From an uncultured Phycisphaerales bacterium (lineage in GTDB: Bacteria; Planctomycetota; Phycisphaerae; Sedimentisphaerales; Anaerobacaceae): a stretch of DNA of 64,000 nt. Each line of letters starts with the position of its first letter. The first letter of the stretch is position 1. The stretch covers positions 672,001-736,000 of the forward strand of contig OY970359.1 in NCBI GenBank assembly GCA_963718665.1. The letters are read 5' to 3'. A program made the position numbers and the translations under genes. Below are positions 28,249 through 38,802 of this stretch, piece by piece. The notes below the pieces were generated by a model. The model saw nothing but the letters and a program-made list of their open reading frames with translations. It made no database searches and was not told the origin of the DNA.

Positions 28249-29673
28249 TTATACATTTAGATATTCGTTTTGCCAGATTTTTTCGGTTAGCTCCTCCAGT
28301 TGTTTGTCGTATGTGCTCAATATCCGCGTATATTCGGGCGATTCGAGGGCTTCTCTGGCTTTCCGGTCCGCAGGAAGGGCCTTTGCGGGCAGAACGGAAT
28401 TCCTGAATACCTCATAATGGTCTCTTATAGAGCATGGCATAAGCCAGTTTTTAGGGCACTTGCGGTTATCCAAACCGTATTCTCTCTGCCATTTTCTGCC
28501 ATTTTTCATAAAGTCGGAAAACAGGGCGTCAACCAGGTTTTTACCGTTTCGGTAAAGCTCGTATATATTATCAACATAATAGGGGATAAAGGTGCAGGGG
28601 GTAACGTTGCCGTTCCAGTCGACGTAGAAGTAGCCGCCGCCTCTGCCGTAGGCGATACAGCCACGGGATATTGTGCCGCTGTTCCAGAAATCTGCTATGC
28701 AGTATTTCTTTTCACTGAGAAGTTTTTCCCATTTTCTGTATAGCTCAAGGCGTTTGGATGGCGCAACCATCAGGTCAAGCTCGTCCTTGCCCCTGCCGAT
28801 TGGCATAAGCTGAAACTGCCACATATAAGAGGCGCCCTGCCGGTCAAAGTAAAGCTCATAAAATTTGTCATCGAGCAGAACGTCGGCGTTTTTGCTTGTC
28901 GCGGTAACGGAGATGCCGAAGGGAACTCCTGCTTTTCTGAGCCGTTCAAAAGCATCGATAACTTTGCGGTGGGTGCCGGCGCCGCGCCTGTGGTCGGTAT
29001 GCTCCTCAAAACCCTCCACTGATACTGCCGGCGTGACGTTGGCGCAATCCGCAAAACGCCGGGCGACGCCGTCGTTTATCAGCGTGCCGTTGGTGTACAT
29101 AAGAAAGAACATATCCCCGTATTTTTCAAATATATCGAAAAGCGTTTTTCCGTCGCTGTGATAGGTGAGCGGTTCGCCGCCGCTGATTGTTACGAACCTG
29201 CTGCCGCAGGTATCGTGCATTTCTCTCACAATCCTGTCAACGTATTGAAAAGGTATCGTGGCGGAAGCGTCGGCACCGGAAGAGGCATAGCAGCCGGTGC
29301 ATTTGAGATTGCATTTCTGGGTCGGCGACAGGACTATAAAAGTAGGAGGGTCTTCGCCGTATTTTTCTTTATATTTTTTGGCGGTTTCATAGTAGCTCCG
29401 GTCCTCGCCGGTAAAATTATTGCGAACGAGCACGTCTATAATCTTTTTGACGATTTTGTCCGAGACGTAACCTTTCTCGATGTTCATGACCATACAGCGC
29501 AGCATGGCCGAGAGAAACTGGTAGCGTTTCTCCTGGACCGGTTTTATGTCGTCAGATGAGTCGTTGACCACCTCCCTGTAGATATACCCGTCGATTTTTT
29601 TTACAAGGAATTTGCGGAGGTGTTTCTGGCTCACCATTTTAATCAGCACTGCGGATACGGATTCTGGTTTCAT
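28249..29673 (-). CDS. Radical SAM protein with SPASM/twitch-like C-terminus
   Basis: CNLKCTGC, SGGEP, YTNGTL; GCIAYGRG...YVDWNGNVTPC, PCSIRDH. Confidence 0.9.
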   Translation of the reverse strand: MKPESVSAVLIKMVSQKHLRKFLVKKIDGYIYREVVNDSSDDIKPVQEKRYQFLSAMLRCMVMNIEKGYVSDKIVKKIIDVLVRNNFTGEDRSYYETAKKYKEKYGEDPPTFIVLSPTQKCNLKCTGCYASSGADASATIPFQYVDRIVREMHDTCGSRFVTISGGEPLTYHSDGKTLFDIFEKYGDMFFLMYTNGTLINDGVARRFADCANVTPAVSVEGFEEHTDHRRGAGTHRKVIDAFERLRKAGVPFGISVTATSKNADVLLDDKFYELYFDRQGASYMWQFQLMPIGRGKDELDLMVAPSKRLELYRKWEKLLSEKKYCIADFWNSGTISRGCIAYGRGGGYFYVDWNGNVTPCTFIPYYVDNIYELYRNGKNLVDALFSDFMKNGRKWQREYGLDNRKCPKNWLMPCSIRDHYEVFRNSVLPAKALPADRKAREALESPEYTRILSTYDKQLEELTEKIWQNEYLNV

Positions 29674-29849
29674 TTTCTTCTCCCCTAAAACAAATAAAAC
29701 CGTCAATTCCAGGCCTGCATGATGCCGCCTTCCAACCGGCCATGGGTTCGATTATTGCACCAATCTTGCCATCCTACAAGCATAAATACGGCATATTGCG
29801 AATTTACGCTTTCTCGGCAGGTAAGTGCAATGAATACGCAGGGACACCC

Positions 29850-32354
29850 TCACTTGTTCAGGTCGGGGTCGGGCAGCATCATTTCGGCAACAATGGCCGC
29901 GATTGTGGCAAGAAGCGCGGAAGCAAAGGTGTGCATTGCGCACAACGTTATCAGTTTCGATGCCGTCGAACTATGGTCAAGCGCCGCCGCGGCAACAGTG
30001 GCGAATACCCCTATAGCCGCACCAGAGACAGTCGCGGCAATAATTCGTCTCCACAATGCCGCCCCGCCGGCGCCGAGGGTTACGGCAGCCCCGCAAAGTA
30101 CCGGCGCCAAAATAACAAGCCACCTGATATCTCTTAGCCGGGGCAGCGTCAGACATATGTTCAGATAGCTGTTATATACAAAGGCAAATACCGCAACCGC
30201 AGCGATAACATAGCCGACCGCGTGCCAATAGCGGGCAGGATACGCCGAGCGGATTTCGGCGCGGCGGGCCATACGCCGGCGAATCGTCAAAGGCCAGTTA
30301 TAGAACAGGCAGAACACCCAATGCTCCAATAACGCACCCCTCTCTCCAAATACCGGCACCACGTGGACAATCTCGGTTGCCCAGTGCCCCGCCATAAACC
30401 TCGCAAGGGCCGGGTAGCGATAGGTCATTTGAATCGGAAAAGCCAGGTACCCTATATACTTGAAAAAACTAAGAAACAGCGCAATGTTGTAATCTTTGAA
30501 ATTACGGTCATGAATCGCCAAGCTGACAGTATAACACCCTCTCGCAATTGAACCGGGAGAAATAGGTATAACCTGAAACAGGACAAGAATACCCAACCCT
30601 ACCGTCCAATCCTCGGCCCAGGTTAATTCAGGATGTTTAAGCACATAAACAACAGCGCAAATAGCCGCCACAATGTGCGTCGTAGGCATCAGCAACAGAT
30701 GGACGACCAAACTAACAAGATATTTCTGAATATACGGCTCATTTATCTGAGAAAGAATCGTCTCCGCGTCGTCGTCCGTCAGGATATGTTTTTTTTGACC
30801 ATCGGCGACCATATCTCGAAGCCACTGCTCACGCAATGAGGCGTGAAAATACAGTTTAAAAGGCCTGATGAATATGGCGGAAAGTTTTTCATTTCTGAAA
30901 GCCGAATCAGTCAGGAACCGATGCAGCCCCGCGGAGATAAGGAGCAAAAACGGCAAATGCAGGAAAAATCGCCACGGCTGGTCATAGATTCTTGACGCCT
31001 GGCTGATGCTTATGCGCCCGCACCGATACCAGCCGATGGTTTTTTCGAGAATTTTCCCGTTGACCGCCCTGCAAAAATAATCCCAGCGGGTAAACATCTC
31101 CGTGTAGTGGCGTCGCCAGTCGGCCCTTGCCCGGAACCGGCGGAAAATATCGCCCAAGAAAGGTATCAGGCCAAAAAGCAAAAATAAAACCATCCGCGAT
31201 TTTTTGCCGCGGAGTTTTGCCTCGCCTTCGTCGTCGATGATATTGCGAACCTTCCAGCCAGTAATTGAGCCGGCGAGAATCTGCGACCATAATTTACCGT
31301 CGTAAAGCAACCGGACACCGTTTCTGGTAATATCAGGAATGCTACTGCGGTAAATCTGTTCGTCGGCTTTAAGCTCGTCGAGCATTCCCCGCATATTCGC
31401 GAAATGTTGCGGGTTTGCCAGCACAAATGATTCAAGCTTCGATATGTCCCCGCGGTCAAACTGCACGATTGAGCCGCGCATAATGCCTTTAGCTATCAGC
31501 GAAAAATCACCGGGACTCATCGGCAAAAACGGCAGCAGCACAAGCCCGGGCCTGAAATCGACAGCCGTCAGTCCTTTCGCGGGCTGGTCTTCAGCACCTT
31601 TGCGTTTGAGGCAGTTGGGCTGGCTTTTGCAGGTTGACCATTCGTATTGCCTGGCGAATTCGTATGCGCCGATACCGTGAAGCATATTTACGAAATCAGC
31701 CATAAATTGCTTTTTTGCGCGGTATTCGGGCGAACCGAGGTAACGAGTATCAGTGATTTTACCTCGTCGCCAGAATTTAAGCAGGTCCATCCTGTCATCG
31801 GCTTCCAGCCGCCAGGTGCGTCCCTCAACCCATTCACTCAGCTCGCCGCAACTGCCGATTTTTTCATCGACAAAGGTGGCGTGAATATTAACGACGGCCA
31901 TCTCGTCACCGAAGCGGATTTTGGCCGCCTGCCTGATGAATTTTTGCCAAAGCGCGCCTGCTCTTGCCGCCGCAGGATTGACCTGAAGCTGGAAAGGCCC
32001 CTGAAAACCAATCTTATAAAGGATATCGCGGAACAGGCAGGCAAAACCCGAAGGTGGAACGAGAATCTTCATCGCGTAAACCCCGCCCCGCTCAATGCCC
32101 GCAATGGGGCCGGTCGCGTTTTGAATATCGAGGATTTTAACCCTGTAAACCTGGCCCGCAAATCCGCCTCCGATGAATTTTTCTATCAGCAAACGCACGC
32201 GGGCGGTTTCTGATTTTCCCAGGCCGGTAACATTGTAAATCAGCTCGGTTCCCGCGTCATACCGGCTGACCCGCATCGGACGATAAAGACCAAGACCCTG
32301 ATACTTCTCCTGAAGCTTCCCGCAAATATCGGGGCTGTATTCCGTTGTCGCCAT
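29850..32354 (-). CDS. Large membrane protein with protein-kinase-like N-terminal motifs
   Basis: IGGGFAGQVYRV, YAMK, KSQPNCL, AVDFR; C-terminal TM helices. Confidence 0.7.
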   Translation of the reverse strand: MATTEYSPDICGKLQEKYQGLGLYRPMRVSRYDAGTELIYNVTGLGKSETARVRLLIEKFIGGGFAGQVYRVKILDIQNATGPIAGIERGGVYAMKILVPPSGFACLFRDILYKIGFQGPFQLQVNPAAARAGALWQKFIRQAAKIRFGDEMAVVNIHATFVDEKIGSCGELSEWVEGRTWRLEADDRMDLLKFWRRGKITDTRYLGSPEYRAKKQFMADFVNMLHGIGAYEFARQYEWSTCKSQPNCLKRKGAEDQPAKGLTAVDFRPGLVLLPFLPMSPGDFSLIAKGIMRGSIVQFDRGDISKLESFVLANPQHFANMRGMLDELKADEQIYRSSIPDITRNGVRLLYDGKLWSQILAGSITGWKVRNIIDDEGEAKLRGKKSRMVLFLLFGLIPFLGDIFRRFRARADWRRHYTEMFTRWDYFCRAVNGKILEKTIGWYRCGRISISQASRIYDQPWRFFLHLPFLLLISAGLHRFLTDSAFRNEKLSAIFIRPFKLYFHASLREQWLRDMVADGQKKHILTDDDAETILSQINEPYIQKYLVSLVVHLLLMPTTHIVAAICAVVYVLKHPELTWAEDWTVGLGILVLFQVIPISPGSIARGCYTVSLAIHDRNFKDYNIALFLSFFKYIGYLAFPIQMTYRYPALARFMAGHWATEIVHVVPVFGERGALLEHWVFCLFYNWPLTIRRRMARRAEIRSAYPARYWHAVGYVIAAVAVFAFVYNSYLNICLTLPRLRDIRWLVILAPVLCGAAVTLGAGGAALWRRIIAATVSGAAIGVFATVAAAALDHSSTASKLITLCAMHTFASALLATIAAIVAEMMLPDPDLNK

Positions 32355-32384
32355 TAATGCTCCCTGTTACTGTTAACAGCAAAA

Positions 32385-32876
32385 TTATTTGAGAATCCAG
32401 AATTTAGCGGAAATGAACAACGCGATTCCCGCGTACACCCCCGCCATCAAATCATCGGCGAGAATCCCCCAGCCGGCGGGCAATTCTTCGAGCCGATACG
32501 AAGGCCAGGGTTTGACCGTATCGAACAAACGAAACAAAAAATAACCGAGCGCGACAATCGAAACAATCTGACCGCCCGAGGCATCAGCCATCAGCAACGG
32601 CATCGCCAGAAAAGTCAACGCCTGTCCCGCAACCTCGTCGGCCACCACCTCGTTGGGGTCTTCATTACCCGTTGCGGCGACGGCAACGTGTGAGAATTTA
32701 ACGCATACAAACGAGCCGGCTATTATAAGCGCAATCATCAGCGATACCGGAATCGCCGCCGACCCGCCGAAATAACAGGCAAGACCAAAGATAATCGCGG
32801 AAGGCAATGACCCCCACGACCCGGGCGCCACAGGCAACCAGCCAAGTCCGAAACAAGATGTAAGAAGACGTTTCAT
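32385..32876 (-). CDS. pgpA: Phosphatidylglycerophosphatase A
   Basis: GLGWLPVAPGSWGS, DPNEVVADEVAG, FRLFDTVKPWP, GILADDLMAG. Confidence 0.95.
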   Translation of the reverse strand: MKRLLTSCFGLGWLPVAPGSWGSLPSAIIFGLACYFGGSAAIPVSLMIALIIAGSFVCVKFSHVAVAATGNEDPNEVVADEVAGQALTFLAMPLLMADASGGQIVSIVALGYFLFRLFDTVKPWPSYRLEELPAGWGILADDLMAGVYAGIALFISAKFWILK

Positions 32877-32877
32877 A

Positions 32878-32958
32878 ACTATTGATAACCGATAATTGAT
32901 AATTGATTATTTTTCAAGGTTCACTCAATCATCAGTTATCAATAATCAATAATCAATT
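32878..32958. repeat. Head-to-head heptamer arrays (ATTGATA)n ... (TATCAAT/TCAATAA)n
   Basis: attgataaccgataattgataattgatt...ttatcaataatcaataatcaat; same family as 9506-9602. Confidence 0.75.
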
Positions 32959-34057
32959 AAATTTCTTTTAATGTTTTCAGACAGAAACGGTCCGTCATAC
33001 CCGCGATGTAATCGCAGACGGCCCGCTGGAGGCCCTGTTTTGCAATGAAACGCTGGAAATAGCCCGGCATAAGCTGTGGCTGACTGCAAAGATGCTCGAA
33101 AAGCCGGGTAAGCCACTGCTCGACTTTCTTGCCGACGGAAAGCAGCGAAGGATGCTGATAAAAATTGGCGAGAAGGAATCGCTCCAGCTCTTCCAATTCA
33201 GCATTACTTTTTTCGGGCAGGATAATCAAACATTCCCGCCGGCGGTATATGTCATCGAGCGTTTTAATTTTCGCCTGACGAATTGCCTGATTGCTTTGCT
33301 CGATACAATCGCCTACGAGTATATCTATAATCGCCTTGGCGCTCCTTGTCCGGCGGACTATCCTGTCCTCAATCCTGTCTGCCTGTGCCCGTTTTTTGGC
33401 TTCCTGAAACAACCTTATATCTTTTAACTGCTCCGCTTCAATAAGCCCGGCCCGCATACCATCTTCGAGGTCGTGCGAATTAACGGCTATCATATCAGCG
33501 ATATTCGCTATTTGGCCTTCGAGCGAACAATTCAGCTCAGGAAAATCAACGTCCTGTGGCTTATCGTACAGGCTGCTGTGTTTTGCCAGCCCCAGCCGGG
33601 TTTCGTAAGTCAGGTTAAGTCCCGCGAAATCCGGATAAGGATGCTCAAGCAGGTCAACGACCCGCAGCGATTGCCTATTGTGCTCGAAGCCGCCGAAATC
33701 AGCCATCAGCTTATTGAGGACGCTTTCGCCAGTGTGGCCGAAAGGCGAATGACCCAAATCGTGCGCCAGGCATATCGCCTCGGTCAGTTGCTCGTTGAGA
33801 TCCAGCGCCCTGGCGATAGTTCTGCCAATCTGGGCGACCTCGATTGTATGAGTAAGACGTGTGCGGTAATGGTCATCAAGACCGGGCGTGAAGACCTGCG
33901 TTTTGCCTTCGAGCCGGCGAAACGCCGCACAGTGAATTATCCTGTCGCGGTCGCGGTCAAAATCCAGCCGATAGGGATGCGGCTCTTCGGCAAACAGCCG
34001 GCCTTTGCCGGATTTTTCACTGACCGCGTAAGGGGCAAGCTCTGAACGCATAATCAC
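32957..34057 (-). CDS. dgt: Deoxyguanosinetriphosphate triphosphohydrolase
   Basis: RDRDRIIH, FRRLEGKTQVF, RTRLTHT, HDLGHSPFGH, DYIAGMTD. Confidence 0.95.
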   Translation of the reverse strand: MIMRSELAPYAVSEKSGKGRLFAEEPHPYRLDFDRDRDRIIHCAAFRRLEGKTQVFTPGLDDHYRTRLTHTIEVAQIGRTIARALDLNEQLTEAICLAHDLGHSPFGHTGESVLNKLMADFGGFEHNRQSLRVVDLLEHPYPDFAGLNLTYETRLGLAKHSSLYDKPQDVDFPELNCSLEGQIANIADMIAVNSHDLEDGMRAGLIEAEQLKDIRLFQEAKKRAQADRIEDRIVRRTRSAKAIIDILVGDCIEQSNQAIRQAKIKTLDDIYRRRECLIILPEKSNAELEELERFLLANFYQHPSLLSVGKKVEQWLTRLFEHLCSQPQLMPGYFQRFIAKQGLQRAVCDYIAGMTDRFCLKTLKEI

Positions 34058-34578
34058 AGAATTGGAAGATTGTTTTGGGCGCTTATTTGTTTTAATACCG
34101 CAAGAAGCTCCTCGATGCTCTGGCTGATGAGGTATGTATCGCTACAAACCCGGACGAAATTGGTATCGCCGTTCCAGCGAGGGACAACGTGGATGTGCAT
34201 ATGGTCGGGCAGTCCCGCGCCAGCGCATCTGCCGAAATTGATGCCGATGTTGAATCCGTGGGGCTTAATCGCAAGAGAAAGCGCCTTCTGGGCGTCCCTT
34301 GTCAATTTGGTCATTTCGAGAAGCTCTTCGTCGTTCGCTTCGCCAAAATCGGGGATGTGCCGGACAGGCGCAATGAGCAGATGCCCGTTGTTATAAGGGA
34401 AGCGATTCATCACCGCGATGCAGTTTTTGGAACGCCACAGGACAAGATTCTTGTCGTCATCCTGCGGGGTTTTGATATTTTTACAGATGAAACACTCGTT
34501 TTTGTCGGCGAGGCCTTGAATGTAGCCGATTCGCCACGGAGCCCAGAGATTCTTTTTTCTCAAACTGATAACCTCCAA
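34054..34578 (-). CDS. HIT family hydrolase
   Basis: LWAPWR, CFIC, NRFPYNNGHLL, HMHIHVVPRW. Confidence 0.93.
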   Translation of the reverse strand: MEVISLRKKNLWAPWRIGYIQGLADKNECFICKNIKTPQDDDKNLVLWRSKNCIAVMNRFPYNNGHLLIAPVRHIPDFGEANDEELLEMTKLTRDAQKALSLAIKPHGFNIGINFGRCAGAGLPDHMHIHVVPRWNGDTNFVRVCSDTYLISQSIEELLAVLKQISAQNNLPIL

Positions 34579-34597
34579 AACGCTTTCTTCCTGATTA

Positions 34598-35608
34598 TCA
34601 ATTCTTTTTCCCCGCGGCTATAAGCTGCATTGTTATTGTCTGCTCAATGGTTATCTTCGGATTTACGCCGCTAAGCCCCATAGGCATACCTGCCGTGGCA
34701 TGCATCGTGTATTTTTGAGTGTATTGCTCGGTTCTTCCGGCTTCTATATTGAAAAGTTCCTGTCCATGTCCCTGTATATCGAGCACTTTATATTCCCGCA
34801 GAAAACCAAATATCCCGCTCATCTGGAACACTTCTGTATAAGGAACAGGCCAATCCGAGGGATTTGGCCACAGCAGGGAATAGGAACCGCCTATTACTGC
34901 TATACGGTTATTGGGGTCATTGGGGTCCTGACGGATTTCTTCCAGCGTGTAATTCACGTTTCTGGCCGCAAAAAGAATCATCGTTGCGGGGGCAGAGAGC
35001 ACGGACTTCCACTTTTCGCCGACGGCAACACCTTTTGACGGGTTACTTATATGCGACACGGAATCCCACAGGAACCATTGCGTGGCAATGACATCATAAA
35101 GCATATCCGGCTCTTTGATGAGGCCATGGCTCCTGTCGGTCCTGAACGCCTGCTGACCCGCCTGATGAAGCACTTCAACAAACTGCGAGCCGTCCACAAT
35201 TTTGCCCCTCGCATCAACGGTGAACGTCCAGCTCTTGCCGGCGAAACTTTCCGCCGCCTCCTTCCAATTCTGCGGGCGGGCCGATTCCGAGGTGCGTTTT
35301 ACCCTCGCGGATTCACAACTTGCCTTGATTGTAGAAATACCGTATGGGTCCACTGTAACAGGCGTGTAAGAAACAACCATTTCCAGCGATTCCGACGACT
35401 TGTTTATCTTGTTTCCGCCGCCTCTCGCCGGGCCCCAGTCCACCGCCATCTCCCTGCTGCTGACAAACTTGTATTTAAAGGGCTGGTCGGGCTTGAAATC
35501 AACGGTCAACAGCGTTCTTTTTGAAGTCAACGCCGACTTTTGTGCCGGGGTGCAGCCGGCGATAATCCCGACAACAAGAACCGCAATAAGAATTTTCGTC
35601 TGGTTCAA
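34598..35608 (-). CDS. Hypothetical lipoprotein
   Basis: Lipobox IAGC; similar to the adjacent ORF (GEKW / GGKW, YTLEEIR / YTLKELR, FNIEAGR / FDVKAGR). Confidence 0.75.
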   Translation of the reverse strand: MNQTKILIAVLVVGIIAGCTPAQKSALTSKRTLLTVDFKPDQPFKYKFVSSREMAVDWGPARGGGNKINKSSESLEMVVSYTPVTVDPYGISTIKASCESARVKRTSESARPQNWKEAAESFAGKSWTFTVDARGKIVDGSQFVEVLHQAGQQAFRTDRSHGLIKEPDMLYDVIATQWFLWDSVSHISNPSKGVAVGEKWKSVLSAPATMILFAARNVNYTLEEIRQDPNDPNNRIAVIGGSYSLLWPNPSDWPVPYTEVFQMSGIFGFLREYKVLDIQGHGQELFNIEAGRTEQYTQKYTMHATAGMPMGLSGVNPKITIEQTITMQLIAAGKKN

Positions 35609-35634
35609 TCCGGTCCCTTTCTCTTAAATCCGAA

Positions 35635-36663
35635 TTATTTAATTCTTTCAACGCTGTACCCGCGTTCCGCGGACATATTCAGCACCACCGGCTCCGAGGT
35701 ATCACCCTGCTTTGCCGGAAGCGCGACAGTCCAGGTTGCCTGGAGATTTTCATTGTAATTTTCTATCCTGCCCGCTTTCACGTCAAATTCGCCAGCTCCC
35801 GTATACAATTCCTTCGAGTCGAATTTCTGCGACGCACCTTCTTCAGCTTTCATGCCGGTGTATCTTGGCTCAACTTCGGAGGTTGGTATCGCGTTCATAT
35901 CGATAACCGCAATTTCCCGCCCATCGTTTCGCAGTTCCTTAAGGGTGTAAATTTTTTCGTAGGATTTAATCCCCATTTTCCCGAATACAAAGGTCTTTAT
36001 TGAGCTCCACTTGCCCCCCGGCTTAAGCATTTCCTGCCCCTGTTTGGGCAATTGTATTGTGCTGTGCCTTTCTATTATCGAATCCGGCAAAACTATCTCG
36101 CGTCCTTCCTTGTCGGAAACAGTTTCGCCTTTCATCATAGTCGTGACCGGCGGCAAATCATCAACAAAAGACACAATGTTCTGCGGATTGAATTCTATAG
36201 TATAGGTTTCGCCGATTAACTGTATTAACGGGTTTTTGGAATCCGAATTCCTTGTGCTGTCGAAATCCACGGTTGTCTGCCCCTTGCTCGTGAAAAAGCA
36301 TTTCAGCCTGTCGATTGACACTTTCGCGGTGGCTACGCCGTTGGCGTCAACGGTTTGTATCCGTCGCGTAACGGCCATTTCGACGCGTTCTTCACTGAAG
36401 CTCTCGTCAAATGCCGCTTTGTTGGGAACCGGCCCCTGCCATTTTGTGGTTCTGCGAGCTACGGTTGTAATCTTATATTTATCCAGCTCACCGACGGTCG
36501 ATTTCAACGCGATTTTAACCTGCCCATTCGCCTGTTTTTGTGGTTGCGCCGATGATTTGGCCTCGGCCTGGCCTGTCTGTGCCTGCTTTTCACAGCCCCA
36601 TGCGAACACTCCACAACATATCGCCGCTACCACTAAACCCCTGAAAACACCTTTTGTTGTCAT
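35635..36663 (-). CDS. Hypothetical lipoprotein, paralog of 34598-35608
   Basis: Lipobox AWGC; beta-rich; shared motifs with the neighbour. Confidence 0.75.
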   Translation of the reverse strand: MTTKGVFRGLVVAAICCGVFAWGCEKQAQTGQAEAKSSAQPQKQANGQVKIALKSTVGELDKYKITTVARRTTKWQGPVPNKAAFDESFSEERVEMAVTRRIQTVDANGVATAKVSIDRLKCFFTSKGQTTVDFDSTRNSDSKNPLIQLIGETYTIEFNPQNIVSFVDDLPPVTTMMKGETVSDKEGREIVLPDSIIERHSTIQLPKQGQEMLKPGGKWSSIKTFVFGKMGIKSYEKIYTLKELRNDGREIAVIDMNAIPTSEVEPRYTGMKAEEGASQKFDSKELYTGAGEFDVKAGRIENYNENLQATWTVALPAKQGDTSEPVVLNMSAERGYSVERIK

Positions 36664-36830
36664 AATTTTTTGTCTCCCAAATAGTTATTTTTTCTCAATT
36701 AAACGATATTATTATACCCGCCGGCGATACCGAAACAACCTATTTTTCTTCAACAACAGCCGCCTAAACGTTACAATATACGCTTTGAAAATGCCAGGGT
36801 TTGGGTATGATTTTGCAGAAAGGAAGATAA

Positions 36831-38498
36831 ATGAGAAGCGACAAAATAAAGAGCGGTTTTCAGAGAGCGCCCCACCGCGGGCTTCTTCACGCCTGCGGCG
36901 TAGCCGAGGCCGATATCAACAAGCCATTCATCGCCATCGCAAACAGCTTTTGCGAGATAGTTCCCGGCCACGTTCATCTCGACAAGGTAGCCCGGATTGT
37001 TAAGCAGGCCGTGCGTGAGGCGGGCGGCGTGCCCTTCGAGTTCAATACCATAGCCGTATGCGACGGAATCGCGATGGGACATACCGGTATGAAATACTCG
37101 CTTGCGTCGCGCGAAATAATCGCCGACTCGGTCGAGACGATGCTGCAGGCACACTGTTTCGACGGAATGATTTGTATCCCGAACTGTGACAAAATTATCC
37201 CCGGTATGCTGATGGCGTCTGTCCGGCTCAATATCCCCACGATTTTCGTCTCGGGCGGACCTATGGCAGCCGGAAAAACCAAAGACGGTAGGTCCGTTGA
37301 CCTTATCAGCGTCTTCGAGGGCGTCGCCAAATTCAACGCAGGCAAAATCACCGAAGAGCAGTTGAAAGAGCTTGAGGCCGCGGGCTGCCCCGGCTGCGGA
37401 AGCTGTTCAGGGATGTTCACCGCCAATTCGATGAACTGCCTGTGCGAGGCAATCGGCATCGCCCTGCCCGGCAACGGCACCGTATTGGCAGTCAACCCGA
37501 AACGTGAAGAGCTTTATAAACAGGCAGGCAGGCAAATCATCTCCCTGATTGAAAAAGACATCAAACCGTTAGACATAATCAGCACCAAATCGATGGATAA
37601 CGCCCTTGCGCTCGATATGGCGATGGGCGGCTCGACAAATACCGTCCTGCACACACTGGCGGTCGCAAGCGAAGCGGGCATCAAATATGACCTTGACCGG
37701 ATAAATAAAATCTCCGCGAAGTGCCCCAATATCTGCAAGGTCTCGCCTTCAAGTGCGTTCCACGTCGAAGACGTTGACGCCGCGGGCGGTATCAGCGCGA
37801 TACTAAAGGAAATAAGCAAGGTTCCCAAGCTGCTCAATCTCGATGCGCTTACCGTTACCGGCAAAAAACTCGGCGAAAATATCACGGACGCGAAAATAAA
37901 TAATACCGCAGTAATTCACACAATCGAAAACGCATACTCAAAAACAGGCGGGTTGGCAATTCTCAAGGGCAACCTCGCACCGAAAGGCGCGGTCATCAAA
38001 ACAGCGGGCGTCGCGCAGAATATGCTCACCCACAAAGGCCCTGCTGTCATTTTCGACAGCCAGGAAGAAGCAGGCGAAGGAATCCTCGCGGGCAAGGTCA
38101 AGGCCGGCGACGTGGTCGTCATCCGCTACGAAGGCCCCAAAGGCGGCCCGGGTATGCAGGAAATGCTCAGCCCGACAAGTTATATTGTTGGCGCAGGATT
38201 AGGCGAATCAGTCGCCCTCATAACCGACGGCAGGTTCAGCGGCGGCACACGCGGCGCCTGTATCGGCCACGTCAGCCCCGAAGCAGCCGTCGGCGGGCCA
38301 ATCGGACTGTTGAAAAAAGGTGACATAATCGAAATCGACATACCCCACAACAAGATGAATGTGAAACTGTCTGCCAAGGAACTCGCCGCCCGCAGGAAAA
38401 AATGGAAGCCGAGAAAACCAAATATCACCACCGGCTGCCTTGCCAAATACGCTTCTATGGCCACAAGCGCAGATACCGGTGCCGTGCTGAAGTGGTAA
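36831..38498 (+). CDS. ilvD: Dihydroxy-acid dehydratase
   Basis: [58 protein letters not shown]. Confidence 0.97.
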   Translation: MRSDKIKSGFQRAPHRGLLHACGVAEADINKPFIAIANSFCEIVPGHVHLDKVARIVKQAVREAGGVPFEFNTIAVCDGIAMGHTGMKYSLASREIIADSVETMLQAHCFDGMICIPNCDKIIPGMLMASVRLNIPTIFVSGGPMAAGKTKDGRSVDLISVFEGVAKFNAGKITEEQLKELEAAGCPGCGSCSGMFTANSMNCLCEAIGIALPGNGTVLAVNPKREELYKQAGRQIISLIEKDIKPLDIISTKSMDNALALDMAMGGSTNTVLHTLAVASEAGIKYDLDRINKISAKCPNICKVSPSSAFHVEDVDAAGGISAILKEISKVPKLLNLDALTVTGKKLGENITDAKINNTAVIHTIENAYSKTGGLAILKGNLAPKGAVIKTAGVAQNMLTHKGPAVIFDSQEEAGEGILAGKVKAGDVVVIRYEGPKGGPGMQEMLSPTSYIVGAGLGESVALITDGRFSGGTRGACIGHVSPEAAVGGPIGLLKKGDIIEIDIPHNKMNVKLSAKELAARRKKWKPRKPNITTGCLAKYASMATSADTGAVLKW

Positions 38499-38598
38499 GC
38501 CGGGATATTTGACGCGAAAAAAACTGATTTGAAATGCACCCTCAGGATTAACACCCAAGCCGGGATTGGGCAACTAAGTCCTATAAAATCTTTTGTGC

Positions 38599-38765
38599 TT
38601 GAAAATTCTGCGGGAAAATGATAGAAGAACGGAGCGGAGGAGTGGAAGTGAAATTTCACTCCCAGCTGCGACTCCCAGCACCTGTTTTGTAAACTGGGTA
38701 TCATTCGCCTACAGGCGATTTTGTCACCAAAACAGGTTCGGGCTATGCTCAGTCGAGTCGCAATC
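38599..38765 (+). promoter_or_regulatory. Putative promoter and structured 5' leader of the coiled-coil gene
   Basis: TTGAAA-17 nt-TAGAAG; nested helices TGCGACTC/GAGTCGCA, ACCTGTTTTG/CAAAACAGGT, TCGCC/GGCGA. Confidence 0.45.
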
Positions 38766-38802
38766 AGAATGGAAACTGATACAGAAGTTTTTTGGGCTGA
38801 CA

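Noticed and set aside
38593..38802. N-terminal 70 aa of the coiled-coil ORF
   Set aside because: TTG start without an RBS, overlapping a promoter-like sequence and a structured leader; 38803 is preferred but not proven.
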